Below, piece after piece: positions 13,791-25,864 of a stretch of DNA of 64,000 bases. The stretch lies in contig NC_081397.1 in assembly GCF_030684315.1 (NCBI RefSeq), positions 11,370,421 to 11,434,420 on the forward strand, written 5' to 3'. A program made the translations under genes and the position numbers. Within the stretch, counting starts at the first letter, position 1, and each line of letters opens with the position of its first letter. The notes under the pieces are model-generated. The model had not been told where the DNA came from and searched no databases. It saw nothing but the letters and a program-made list of their open reading frames with translations. Origin of the DNA: Stegostoma tigrinum. Taxonomy: Eukaryota.

Positions 13791-14471
13791 GATTTCAGCC
13801 TGACCTTACAAAATATTAAAAAGTCCCATGCGCCTGCGCCTAAGATTATATCTTATGCTTTACAAAATTTTCTTGTGAACCTAACTTGCAGTCAGCGCGG
13901 AGAGGGCTCTGAATCATTTCCTGACGCATCTCTAACAGGCAGGTGGAATGAACACGCCACTAAAACCTCGGCACGGCTACCAGAATCAAAACTGAACAAA
14001 TTATCATTCCTGGGAGCGTCAATGAAGTACAAACACTGTAATATGTATCATTAGCGCCTGGGCCCAAAATTACGGACAGAGCAAATTATTATTCATGGTC
14101 TGGACAGCTGGTGTTATTACTGATAGACTGGTATTCATATGGAAGAGAATCAAAGATTTAGGGTTGAGAAACAGATCAGCCATGGTCGCATGACGGAGCC
14201 GGACGCTCCTTCTGTATCTGACATAACCAGCTGCAGAACCGTATCGTCTCGACTGGCCGTGAAACCTCTATCTGTAGTGTAGGGATATCTTGATTATAAA
14301 ACACGTTACTGCAGACAGTATAATTTAACAATCGCGCTCTCTCTCTTGCAACGCGGGACACGAAGTTAATATATTTCCTGAAGGATTGATGCAAAATTAA
14401 ATGTCGCTGCACCAGCCCTATGTGCTGGTTCCCCATCCTCAGGTCTCCGCTCTCAATCGGAGTGTTTGGGT

Positions 14472-14487
14472 GGCTCTGAAAAGAGCC
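14472..14487 (-). terminator. Histone 3' stem-loop (H4)
   Basis: Reverse complement GGCTCTTTTCAGAGCC-ACCCA. Confidence 0.97.
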
Positions 14488-14517
14488 TTTGGGTTCGCTG
14501 GAAAAGGGACGATTTGC

Positions 14518-14838
<321 letters not shown>

Positions 14839-14881
14839 TCACTGCAATCGCTGCTGACTGAGAGCGGAGCTGCCTCACCTT

Positions 14882-14917
14882 TTTTTATACAGTCCGCCCC
14901 GACCTGACTGAGAAAGA
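14882..14917 (-). promoter_or_regulatory. H4 promoter: TATA, GC box, site II-like element
   Basis: TATAAAAA 14889-14882, GGGGCGG 14900-14894, upstream TTTCTCAGTCAGGTC resembling the H4 site II. Confidence 0.7.
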
Positions 14918-15120
14918 GCTGACAGGGAGTGATGGGCGGCCCGGGCAGAAAACTGAGTGACAAACAGAGAAATGTCCAGCTCCGCCTCCAGCTTACTGCC
15001 GCCCCCAACTGGATCTGGAACTAAACCTTTTCTCCACAAGGGCAGTGAACACAAGGCCCGGCAGAAAACCTGCAGACTCAAACTTATGTTCAAAGATAAT
15101 AAAACCTGGATATTTTAAAA

Positions 15121-15563
15121 GCAAGATGACAAAGTGTGAAGCTGGATGAACACAGCAGGCCAAGCAGCATCTCAGGAGCACAAAAGCTGATATCACTGAT
15201 ACAATTTTAAAAGCAGTTGTGAAACAATTAAAAGCCCATGTCCTGGCCTTTCTTTCAGAAGACAGCATGTCAGCTTCCATTTCACAGATAGCAGGAACTG
15301 CAGATGCTGTAGAATCCGACAAAGTCAGTTTCCATTGCTCCCGGTGAATCAGACAAAATCATTTCTTGGGGACTGTGTTGTGAAGCGGGGTTTCTGCGCC
15401 AGTGTTACTGTCTCCCTGAATATGTGAAATAGAAATGGACAGGAACTGAAACTGACATTTCCACAGCCATCATAACAAAGTGTGGGGCTGGATGAACACA
15501 GCAGGCCAAGCAGCATCTTAGGAGCTCAAAAGCTGACATTTTGGGCCGAGACCCTTCATCCAG
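15121..15563 (-). mobile_element. Two partial copies of the short hammerhead-core element
   Basis: gctggatgaacacagcaggccaagcagcatct.aggagc.caaaagctga at ~15141 and ~15487. Confidence 0.7.
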
Positions 15564-15636
15564 CCATTTCACTTTCCACAGCCATGTCACATTCCTCAAT
15601 GACTGCCTCTGGCTCAGGCTCACCCCACGTGGTTCA

Positions 15637-16062
15637 TTCTCAGGGTCAGTGCAACATGTCCAATTCTGTTCACTATCACTCACGTTAACCTATACAATAC
15701 CAGGTTCATTTCTTTGCTGCTTTCTTGGTAACTTCGGTTTTCAGCTTGGCCTTCGCTTCAGTGAGCGTTTCCAATGTTTTCAATTGTATTTGCTCCTCCT
15801 GCTCTGACAGTGAACAGTACAAAATCAATCCCAACCGGAGATCAGCTGTTCTCCACTAAACAGAGACACACAGATGGTGCAGTTTCTCAGCATGGGGGGT
15901 ATGTAGCTAACCACTGTCAAGGTGAGTGTGTGCCCGGACGGACTTTCCGAGAGGAGAAGGAATAGTGATGACCCCACTGTAATACAGGAGGATTGTTCTC
16001 AGGGTCAGTGCAACATGTCCAATTCTGTTCACTATCACTCACGTTAACCTATACAATACCAG
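15637..16062. repeat. 67-bp direct repeat (15637-15703 and 15996-16062)
   Basis: ttctcagggtcagtgcaacatgtccaattctgttcactatcactcacgttaacctatacaataccag occurs twice. Confidence 0.9.
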
Positions 16063-16179
16063 AGAGATTTGGGATTGTAGTCGGGGGTTGTAGTGATAGA
16101 GCTTGCTGTTAGGGTGGATGGAGGCTATATCAAGTCTGATCAGTGTGTGAGTGTAAAACTGTGTCACAGAATCGTGCAG

Positions 16180-16830
16180 TAAGGCATTCTTTGACTTGGG
16201 CCTCAGCATCATTGTATCCTCCACTGTCAACATCCTGGGAGCTACCATGAAGGACAAATTGAACCGGACTCACCCGATAAATGCATTGGCTACAAGAACA
16301 GGGCCAAGGCTATGGATGCTGCAGCAAGTAACTTCCCTCCTGATTTCTCAAACCTGTCCAAAATCTCCAACATTCAAGTCAGGAGTGTAAAGGTTTCCCC
16401 TCTGTAGCCCCCATTACCTGTATTAGTGCAGCTCCAACTGCACACAGCAAGCAAGGTACTATCCACGAAAAGGCTGCTCCTGTTTAATTGGCACCACATT
16501 CACAAACATCCACTCTCTCAAATATAAAATTAGATAGCACCTACCAAACCCACAACTACTTCCATCTTGAAAGACAGCAGCAGCAGGTTCATGGGAACTG
16601 CACGATCTGCAAGATCTTCTCCAAGACACTCACCATCCTGACTTGGAAGTATATTGGCCGTTCAGTCTGTGTCAATCCGTGAAAATCCTGCAATTCCCTT
16701 ACTAATGGCAATGTGGGCCGACCTACAGCTCAGAGATTGCAACGGTTCAGGAAGGCAGTTCACTACCACCTTCTCACGGGCATTTCAGGAGGGTCAATCA
16801 ATGCTCAGACCAGTCAGTGATGTCCACAGC
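16180..16830 (+). mobile_element. Old non-LTR retroelement 3' fragment (same family as 51520-51920 and 62190-62770)
   Basis: Shared caccatcctgacttggaa.tatat...cttctca.gggca motif among copies. Confidence 0.6.
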
Positions 16831-16899
16831 TGGCATTTTTATTCTTTGAAATGTCTGCATTATTCTTGCCCAGTTACAAGGACTGTCCAAATTCTCTTA

Positions 16900-17450
16900 A
16901 AACACCCAGTTGTGAAACAAAGCATAGACTGGGTAATCATTTTGCACAACATCTATGTTCTGCTTGCAAAAAAGACCTTGAACTTCCTGTTGCCTGCCAC
17001 TTTAATGCACCACCCCGTTTCCAGGCCAACATCTCTGTCTCTGTCTTGCTGTAGAGTTCCATTGAAGCTCAACACAAGCTAGAAGAACAATACCTCATCT
17101 TCCAATTGGGGACTCTGCAGCCCTCCAGACCCAGTATCGAGATCAATATTTTTTGGGCCTAACCTCTACCCCTCACAAGGCCTTGTTACCACATACCCTG
17201 CCATTATCCACCACCCACTAAGAGTTCCCAAAAACTACTATTCAACCTCCCAGTCTGATCGTTATCAACTCTGTCCAAATGTTCTTCTCTCTGTTAGGCT
17301 TTATCCTAACATTTATTCCAAACCCCATCACACTCTCCTTTTATCTGCATATAAACTGACGTTTTCCCAACCACCATCAAATCTGCGGAAAGGTCACTGG
17401 ACCCAGAATGTTAATTTTGTTCCTTTTTCCTTCGAAGATGCTGCCACACA
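16900..17450 (+). mobile_element. Penelope-like GIY-YIG C-terminal fragment and 3' end
   Basis: ETKHRLGNHFAQHL..LPVACHFN then KLEEQYLIFQLGTLQP. Decayed ctg.ggaaaggtcactggaccc.gaatgttaa core at ~17383-17414. Confidence 0.8.
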
Positions 17451-17454
17451 TTGA

Positions 17455-17650
17455 ACCGCTCCAGGCCATTTGGCCCAACAAGTCCTCATCGCCCCCTGAA
17501 GAGCACCCTACCCAGACCTATTCCCCTACCCTTTATTTCTCATGTCTAATCCACCAAACCTAAACATCTCTGGGCACCACGGGCAATTTAGCACAGCCAA
17601 TCCACCTAGCTTGCACACCTTTGGACTGCGGGAGGAAACAGGAGCATTCA
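17455..17650 (-). mobile_element. V-SINE (HE1-like) fragment
   Basis: gggcaatttagcacagccaatccacctagcttgcacacctttggactg.gggaggaaac.ggagca V-domain-like motif. Confidence 0.65.
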
Positions 17651-17899
17651 AAATTATGCTCAAACTTTTATTCTATATGAAAACAGTAAGGGAGGTGACA
17701 TGAGCAGAACAAAACATTGGCACATAGTTCACAATTATGCGCTTAATCTGCAGCACGCTTCATAGAATCACCACAGAATCCCTACAATGTGGAAACAGAT
17801 ACTTCAGCCCAACTAAAATTCCACACCGACCCACTGAAGAGCATCCCCTCCCAGACCCATCGCACCGCCATTTCCCTGCAACCCTGCATTTCCCTTTGT

Positions 17900-18350
17900 C
17901 ACACACAACCCAGAGGAGCGCATGCGTGAGGCCCTCCCCCAGCGCTGCCATTGACTCAGTGAGTGGAAGAGGTTTGTTTGAAACAGGCCGCAATGGAGAG
18001 ACCAGCGCCCAGGGAAGCGAGGGAACAGCAGGCTCCTTCCAGCAGCGCATCGAGATGTGAGTCTGGGGCACAGAGGGGGCTCCGAGACCGGCATTGATTC
18101 GGGCTCAGTTCAGGGAGAACCGGGGGCTGTTGGTAAGAGGCGGAGCGGAGCAGGAACTGGTCCCGGAACTTGGAGTGAGCGGCCTGGAGGCGGGAGAGAG
18201 AGGCCTTTCTCGGGCTGTGTGTGGGCCTGCGGAGGGAGACACAGCGGCAAGAAGCTGCTGTGGGGTCAGTCTTGTGCTGTTCATCCTCTAAACTGGGATG
18301 GAAATTCGTTGTTCGGCTTCAGTTTCGCGCTGTTTTTGGACACAGTGCCG
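17900..18350 (+). promoter_or_regulatory. GC/CpG-rich putative promoter or first-exon region
   Basis: CpG enrichment against an AT-rich background, GCGCATGCG (NRF1-like), CCGGAA (ETS), candidate donors gtgagt and gtaaga. Confidence 0.4.
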
Positions 18351-18789
18351 TGAACAGTGGAAACACAGACTAGAGGCATGTTATAACCCTGAAAAGGACA
18401 GGTATTTGAGTCCCCAGGTTAAATTTCTCACCTGAAATATTTAAAATAGCGCCCTTTGTTCTTCCTTTTCACAGGTAGTGTGTTGTGAGCTGGATATTGA
18501 TCTGTGTATGCATGCCTGTTTCTTCGGATAGCCCCATGTATGAAAGTACAGTTGTTGCTCAGTTTCTGATTCTCACTCAGTTGATTTCGAATTATTTCAG
18601 GAAAAAAAAGTACCATGAGAATTCCCAGAAAAGGAGCAGATCTGGAGAACAGGGAATAAAGCCTCTGGTTCTGTTCATTTTGCTCGTTTTCTTCTTTTAA
18701 AAACAAACACACGTCCCAATGATTATGAACTTGATGTTATGTTGATTAGTTCCATACGGCCAGACTTTCTGTATATTGACTTCCTCCAG

Positions 18790-18871
18790 GCAAATACTTG
18801 AAGGATCAGGATGATGTTGTATTTCCTCGGTACAAAGCCAAATCTGACCAGTTACTGCTAACAATCAGCAG
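18790..18871 (+). other. 82-nt exon-like segment, copy 2
   Basis: cttcctccag| acceptor and |gtatgt donor, KYLKDQDDVVFPRYKAKSDQLLLTIS. Confidence 0.55.
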
Positions 18872-20369
18872 GTATGTAGCCCACTGACGTTGACACAAGT
18901 TTTGAAGATGGATAGACTGATTGGTCATCCGAAATAGACACTCAGGAACAGCATTAAATCTGCATTTTATAAGGGCATTTTCAAAGTTACAATCAAGACA
19001 AACAATAGATCATGCTGTAACATAGTTTCAACAGCCATACCTCAGTGAGATGTTAAGTACAGAAATGGGAAGAACCCGTGCAACAAGAGTTACTAAAGTG
19101 GATGAAACATGTTTATATGAAGTTTATCAGTGACTGAGAAGGACAGAATTAATCCTTTGATGAATAATTCTCTCCTCCTCTCACTCTCACACACACACAC
19201 ACTCTGACTGACTGAAGGTGTATGTTACAATGTGGAACAACTAAATTGTTTTGTGTTCACTGCAAATCATAGAAAATGATAGACTCAAAATGATCTCCAC
19301 TAACACCCTCAAGTTACAGAACTCTGCAGCACAAGAGAAAGGCCCGTCAGCCCATTGCGTCTGCACCTTTTTTTTCAATGAACAACTTTTAAAATCCCAA
19401 TCAGCCAGCATTCTATTTCCATGAATGTATTGAGGCTGAAGAGGAACTGCTATCCTCACCCTTATCATTTCTTCACCTTACAGGAGTTAATATTTCTTTT
19501 TTTTTTCTTCAGTCTGGCAAGAAACATTGTGTATCTCTTTGAATTTTTTGTTTCAATTTTCTACAAAGGGCTTGATGTTCATGTCAACCTTCCCTGCAGC
19601 ACAATCATGTTAGTCCTCATGTTAGGGACAAATGTCAGTGTAATATTAATCCCTCAGTCATACAGAGTCAGTGAATATCTACTGTACCTGAGATGGTTGC
19701 AGACATCACGAAGCTAGCACTGCAGCTATTCGCAGGCTGATAACTGGAGAACTAATGTCAAATTGGCACTAACAGACACTGGCAGTGAGTGGAAGAAGTT
19801 CACAATTCCAACAATTACTGGAAACTAGTGTGCAGAATGTAATGTCCCAGTGCAAGCACAGTGGGCTGAATGGTCTGCTTCCACGCTGCACCTCACCTTG
19901 ATTCTCATCCTGGTGATGAAGTAAATGATATTCTGTTGTATAGAGTATTAGTTTAAAAATGTAACATGAAATAGCCAGACAGGAGCAAAACAAAATTTTT
20001 AAGAAAGAGCACTAACGATCTCCAATACAAAAAAAAATGAATCTAAATGTCTCATTGATACTACTGAAACCTGAAAAAACAAATCCCGTACTGAGACAGA
20101 GAATCAGCATATGATACAATCGGTATATAAAACCCACACTCAGCACATAAACAGTAAATTGTTTTGTTGATTCAGAATGGTTCTCAGAGGAAACCAGCCC
20201 CATTTATATGACCCCTCCTAGATCCTGCCAACTGATAACGAACGAAGAAGTCTCAAAATGCCGAAGAGATTAAAATCCAGTCTCAACGCCCTATTAGCTA
20301 TGTCAGAATGTGTTGCATATTCACAGAGAATATTACTGGCTGCAAGAGAATCAAGGCACATTGATACAC

Positions 20370-22030
20370 AACAGTAGAAACTGACAGATACGGATTGATA
20401 CCTACACTGACTCATTCACATTCCAGAAACACACAAAAGAAAATTGATGATGAAACACATATTCACATTCAAATAACAGAAACTGACAGGCATGGACTGA
20501 TAATTTGACTTGGCCATTCACACAGCAAAAACTGACTGGAGAGATGGGGAAATGCAGCCTAACATTTATGTTGCAGATACTGACAGCAAGAATAATGTTG
20601 TTAGACACAAATTCACAGAATAAAAACTGACTGTTACACATTGATAAATGCATTTGCCTATTCAAAGCCAGAAACTCATAGGTGGAAATTGATGGGTAAA
20701 ATCACACATTCCCAAAGCAGAATGATTGTTTATAACAGTCTTGGTTTCAAATAACTGATGGGGGACAGATTGGTAACTTCACTCACCGATGCACAGAGCA
20801 GAAACTGACAGGCATAGAGCAATAACTACACTCATCTGCTGCCGTAGGTACTGATTGACAATGACATTTACATATTCACACAGAAGAAACTGACAGGTAT
20901 TCACTGATAACTAAACTCATATATTGACATAACAGAAACTGCAAGTGATAGACTGAGAATTACACAAACATATTCACCAAGCAGAGGCTGAAAGTGTACA
21001 GATTGATAACTACACAACTGTATTCACACAGCAGTCCGAGAGGGATAGACTGAATGTTAAACTCACATGGACAGAACAGAAACTGACAGGCAGAAATCAG
21101 CAGTGAAACTCTCATTCTTTTAGCTGAAACTGACAGGTAGAGATTAATAACTAAATCCTCACATTCACAAACCAGAAACTGATAGGGGCAGAATAATAAT
21201 GACATTGACATATGCACATAACAGAAAGTGATATGGACAGAATAAAAATATCACTCCCAGGCTCATTTGACATCATCTGAACAGTACGTTTGAACCACTA
21301 AATTCATTTTCACAGAAAAGTGTTTGCCAATTAAATATTGATAACTTTATTCCCAGATTGACAGAGCAGAAACTGATAGGCATAGATTGATCACTGAACT
21401 CATATTCAAAGAGCAGAACCTGACAGGTACAGATCCATAACAGCACTCACATATTAACATATCAATTGCTATCTGTTAGTTCCAGCTAACATCATTCACA
21501 TATTGACAAAGAAGTAACTGACAGATAAAAATAGACAACTATATTTATATATTCCCAGACCTGAAACTGGCAGGGACAGAGTGGTAAATACACTCATGCA
21601 TTCACATATCAGACTGACAGGGACAAATTTAAAACACTATTTCACAGAGCACAAGTACAAGAATAGATTGATCACAGCAGTCATGCATTCACATAGCAGG
21701 ACCTAACAGGTAAGGATTGATAATTATACTCATGTTTTGAAGTAGCAGATGCTTACAGCTAGAGATTAATTACTGCACTCTCATATGCACAGTACACAAA
21801 CTGACAGATAACTGATAACTGCACTCAAAATTTCACATGGCAGAAACTAATATAAACAGATTGATAAATAAGCTCATATTTATATCGCAGAAATAGGCAG
21901 TGACTAACTACTTCTGTGTGAATATGTAAACATATTTATCAGTCAGTCTCTGTCAGTTTCTACAATGTGGATATATCAGTTTAGTTATCAGTCTATAGTT
22001 GTCAGTTTCTGTGATGTGAATGTGTGAGGT
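20370..22030 (+). repeat. Longest degenerate ~48-bp satellite array (roughly 30 units, last ~130 bp inverted)
   Basis: GAAACTGA-like cores at ~20886, 20935, 21079, 21126, 21175, 21369 and 21416 (multiples of ~47-49 nt). tcagtttct orientation at 21910-22030. Confidence 0.85.
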
Positions 22031-22034
22031 AAGT

Positions 22035-22990
22035 GCATTGGATGCCATCTGTATGGAGTTTAGTGAGGTATTTGACAAAGTGCCACAGTAGACTGGTCCA
22101 GAAAGTAAAAGCCTCTGGGATACAGGGCAATATGTTGAATTGGGTCCAAAGATGGCTCAGTAACAGGAAACAACATGTAATGGTTGATTGCTGCCTTTGT
22201 GAATAGAAAGCTGTTTCAAGTGGTGCTCAGCATGGCTCAGTGTTGGGACCCCTGCTGTCCGTTTTCTACATTGATGATTTGGACTTGAATGTGGTTGGCT
22301 TATTTGAGAAGTTTGCAGACAACACAAACTTGGCCATGTAGTGGGTAGTGTAGAGGATAATTGTAAGATGCAAAATGGTACAGATAGTTTCATGGAGTCG
22401 GCAGGAAAGTGGCAGATGGAGTTCAGCTCTGATAAGTGCGAGATAATGCACTTTGGAAGCTCCAACAGTAAATGGAATCAAAAATAATTGAGAATATGTT
22501 GAGAGCGGTAGATGAAGTGAGAGATCTTGGCGTGCAGGTGCACAGGTCACTAAAGGTAGCAGTACAAGGATTTAGAATTGTAAACAAGGCATGTAGAATG
22601 TTCCCCTTCATTGACAGTGGTATGGAATACAAACGTAGGGATATAACTGTGAAACTGTATCCGGAAATGGTGAGGCTGCAACTGGAGTATTGTGTGCAGT
22701 TCTGGTCACCACGTTACAGGAAGGATGTAATTGCTGTGGAGGGAATGCAGAGGAGATTTACCAGAATGTTGCCAGGGCTGGAGATTGTAGCTACGAGGAG
22801 AGTTTGCAGAGGTTGTGGTTATATTGCTTGGAATACAGGAGGCTGAGGGGTGTCTTGATTATAGAAAACAAAACTGTGAAAAGGAGAGACAGAGTGGACA
22901 GGAGGAACCTGCTTGGAGAAACTGTTCAAAAATCAGAGGTCATTGATTGAAGTGAAGTGGCTGAAGGATCGGAGGATTCTTAAGGATTTT
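22035..22990 (+). mobile_element. Old CR1 LINE fragment
   Basis: ORF 22472-22846 VRDLGVQVHRSLK..LEYCVQFWSP. Confidence 0.85.
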
Positions 22991-23034
22991 TTTTTAACAG
23001 TATGAAACAGTCTGACCTCTTCTAGCCTACCAAT

Positions 23035-24580
23035 GTTAGGAAGGAAGATGTGCCAGGAACTTTGAGGAAGGTGAAGATAGGTAAGTCCCCCGGGCCTGAT
23101 GGGATTTATCCAAGGATTCTGTGGGAAGCGAGGGAAGAGTTTGGAGGGCCCTTGGCAATGATCTCCTCGCCCTCACTGTCAACGGGTAGAGTGCTGGAAG
23201 ATTGGAGAGTGGCAAACGTCAATCCCTTGTTCAAAAAAGGAAATCGGGATAACCCAGGAAATTACAGACCAGTTAGTCTTACGTCAGTGGTGGGCAAATT
23301 ATTGCCAAGGGCTCTGAGAGATATGATTTCTGATCACGTAGAAAGGCACAGTTTGATTTGGGACAGTCAGCATGGATTTGTGAGGGGTAAAACATGCTTC
23401 ACAAACCTTACTGAATTCTTTGAAGAGGTGACCAAACACGTGGATGAATGTACAGCAGTGGATGTGGTACCCATGGATTTAAGTATGGCATTTGATAAGG
23501 TTCCCCACAGTAGGCTCATGCAGAGGGTAAGGAGGCATGGGATAGAGGGAAATGGGGCAGATTGGATTCAGAATTGGCTGACCCTTAGGTGACAAAGGGT
23601 AGTAGTGGACGGAAAATATTTGACATAGTGTTCAATTACGAGTGGTGTACCACAAGGATCTGTTCTGGGTTCTCTTCCATTTGTGATTGTTGTAAATGAT
23701 TTGGTTGAAGGCGTGGAAGAATGCATCAGCAAGTTCGCAGACGATACGAAGGTGGATCATGTTGTGGGTTACAAAAGTACATTGATAGTATACGGGGCTG
23801 GGTTAAGAATTGGTAAATGGAGTTTAACCTTGAAAAGTGTGAGATGATACATTTTGGAAGGACAAACTTGAAAACAGAATACAGGGTTAGTGGAAAGATT
23901 CTTGGCAGTGTGGAGGAGCAGAGGGATCTTGGGGTTCATGTTCACAGCTCCCTGAAAGCTACCAGCCAGGTGGATAGAATTGTTAAGAAGGCGTATGTTG
24001 TGTTAGCTTTCATTAACAGAGGGATTGAGTTCAAGAGCCATGAAGTTATGCTCCAGCTATACAAAAGTCTGGTTTGTCCACATCTGGAATATTGAGTCCA
24101 GTTGTGGTCATGCCATTACAGGAAAGATGTAGAATCATTGGAAAAGGTGCAGACAAGATTTACCAGGATGTTGCCTGGAATGGAGGGAAGATCTTACGAG
24201 GAAAGTTTGGGAGAGCTTCGGCTTTTCTCTTTAGAGCGACGAAGATGAGAGATGACTTGATAGAGGTGTACAAAATGATCAGAGGTATAGATAGAATGGA
24301 CAGCCAGAGACTTTTTCCCCGGGTGAAGGTAGCTATTGTGAGGGGGCAGAGTGTTAAAGTGAGTGGAGGTAGATATTGGGGAGAAGTCAGAGGTGGGCTC
24401 TTTACTCAGAGAGTGGTCGGGGTGTGGAATGCGTTCTGGAAAGGAGAGTGGAGTCAGCCTCTTTCGGGGCATTTAAACAGATATGAGACAGGCATATGGA
24501 TGATAGCATAAGGTAGGAGTGGAGGTTAGATAGACATGAGGATTAGGGGAGACGTTCGGCACAACATCGTGGGCCGAGGG
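23035..24580 (+). mobile_element. CR1 LINE ORF2 (RT) remnant
   Basis: [26 protein letters not shown] (23050-23592) and later CR1 motifs. Confidence 0.92.
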
Positions 24581-24700
24581 GGCGGGGGGGTGGGTGTGGT
24601 AGCGGGGGGGTAGGCTGGCGGGGTAGTGGGGGGGTGTGCGGGTGGGGTAGCGGGTGTGCGGACGGGGCGGGTGGGGGGTGGGGGTGCGGCAGTGGTGGTG
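24574..24700 (+). repeat. G-rich low-complexity tract
   Basis: More than ten runs of three or more G within ~125 nt. Confidence 0.85.
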
Positions 24701-25405
24701 CTCCGCCATTCTTTCTGAAGCCAATGGTCAGTTCTTTAGTTTTTCCAACATTGAGAGAGATGTCGCCTTCACTGCACCATGTCATCAAGCCCTCTATCTC
24801 CCTTCTGGGTTTTGACTCCTGGTTGTTCCATATGTGTCCCACCATGATGGTGTCATCAGCAAACTTGTAGATGGTGATCATTTGGAAATTGGCGCCACAG
24901 TGTTGGGTGCACAGTTGGGGCCTGAGGTTGCATCCTTGGCGGGTGGCCTCCAGTGTTGTGTGTTATTGTAGAGGAGATGCAGTTGTCTGTCTTCACTGAT
25001 TGCAGTCTATGGGTCAGAAATTTGAGGATCCAGTTGCAGTGGGTGGAGCCGAGACCAAGGTCACAGAGTTTTGAGATCAGTCTGCACAGGGTAACGGTGT
25101 ATAGATGTTCCAGGGATGAATAATCTCCTACAACCTCTTGAATCAGGCAGAAGATACAGAAGCCTGAACAGGTTCAGGGGCAGCTTCTTTCTGTTCATTA
25201 TTAAATTGATGAATCGACTCTTTGGCCTCACATAATGATGATCTTGTTAATGTTGATCTCTCCAAGTGCGCACCCTGTAAAATGTAACCTGCATGCCTCT
25301 CTGAGTTGTTTTGATCTGTACATCCTTGCTGACTGTGATCTGCCTGTACTGCTCGTAAACAGAGCATTTCACTGTCTCTCGCTACATGTGAATTTATTAA
25401 AACAA
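24701..25405. mobile_element. Rex1/Babar-like LINE remnant, internal part on minus (~24701-25100), apparent 3' end on plus (~25140-25405)
   Basis: ORF 24543-24881 IYKFADDTIMVG..WCS...LNVGKTKELTIGFRK. Plus-strand RF..SFF...IKLMN motif and tail. Confidence 0.65.
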
Positions 25406-25782
25406 AATTAACAGAGCATATACTGACAGGTACATATTTGTAACTACACTCACGCATTCAACAAGTGGGAACTGACAGATATAGATCGATAACGAAACTC
25501 ACATATCCATATACCCACTTGCAGTATGTGGTCCCACTCATGCAGCTGTATCAGTGTTGGTTAGCTTTTGGATCTCACTCAACCAGGTGTTCGAATTTTA
25601 AGAAAAAAAAATAGACAAGGAGAAGCTCAGGCTCGGAGTAGAATCAGACCGTGGTTCTGTTCAAATAAATAGCTCGAAACAAACAATCCTGATGAATAAT
25701 TAACTGAATGTTACATTGGCAATATCAATCTGATCAATCTCAACTGATGTTAGTTTACAGGAGGTATTCCTTCTTCCTCCAG

Positions 25783-25864
25783 GCCAATACTTGAAGGACC
25801 AGGACAATTTAGTGTTTTCTCAGTACAAAGCCAATTGTGACCAGCATCTTACAACAACCACCAG
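25783..25864 (+). other. 82-nt exon-like segment, copy 3
   Basis: ttcttcctccag| acceptor and |gtatgt donor, QYLKDQDNLVFSQYKANCDQHLTTTT. Confidence 0.55.

Noticed and set aside
15706-15770. Histone H1 C-terminal tail remnant (KKAAKK)
   Set aside because: No globular domain, no stem-loop, and the upstream residues are acidic and coiled-coil-like.
20402-21217. Cys/His-containing ORFs in the satellite as zinc-finger remnants
   Set aside because: The period is ~48 nt rather than 84, there is no C2H2 spacing or TGEKP linker, and frames shift frequently.
20370-22030. CRISPR-like repeat-spacer reading of the ~48-bp array
   Set aside because: Repeats are highly degenerate, linkers are homologous to each other, there are no cas genes, and the context is vertebrate.
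25689-25750. C/D-box snoRNA (TGATGA...CTGA)
   Set aside because: No terminal stem or recognisable rRNA antisense element, and the boxes are not conserved in the homologous units.
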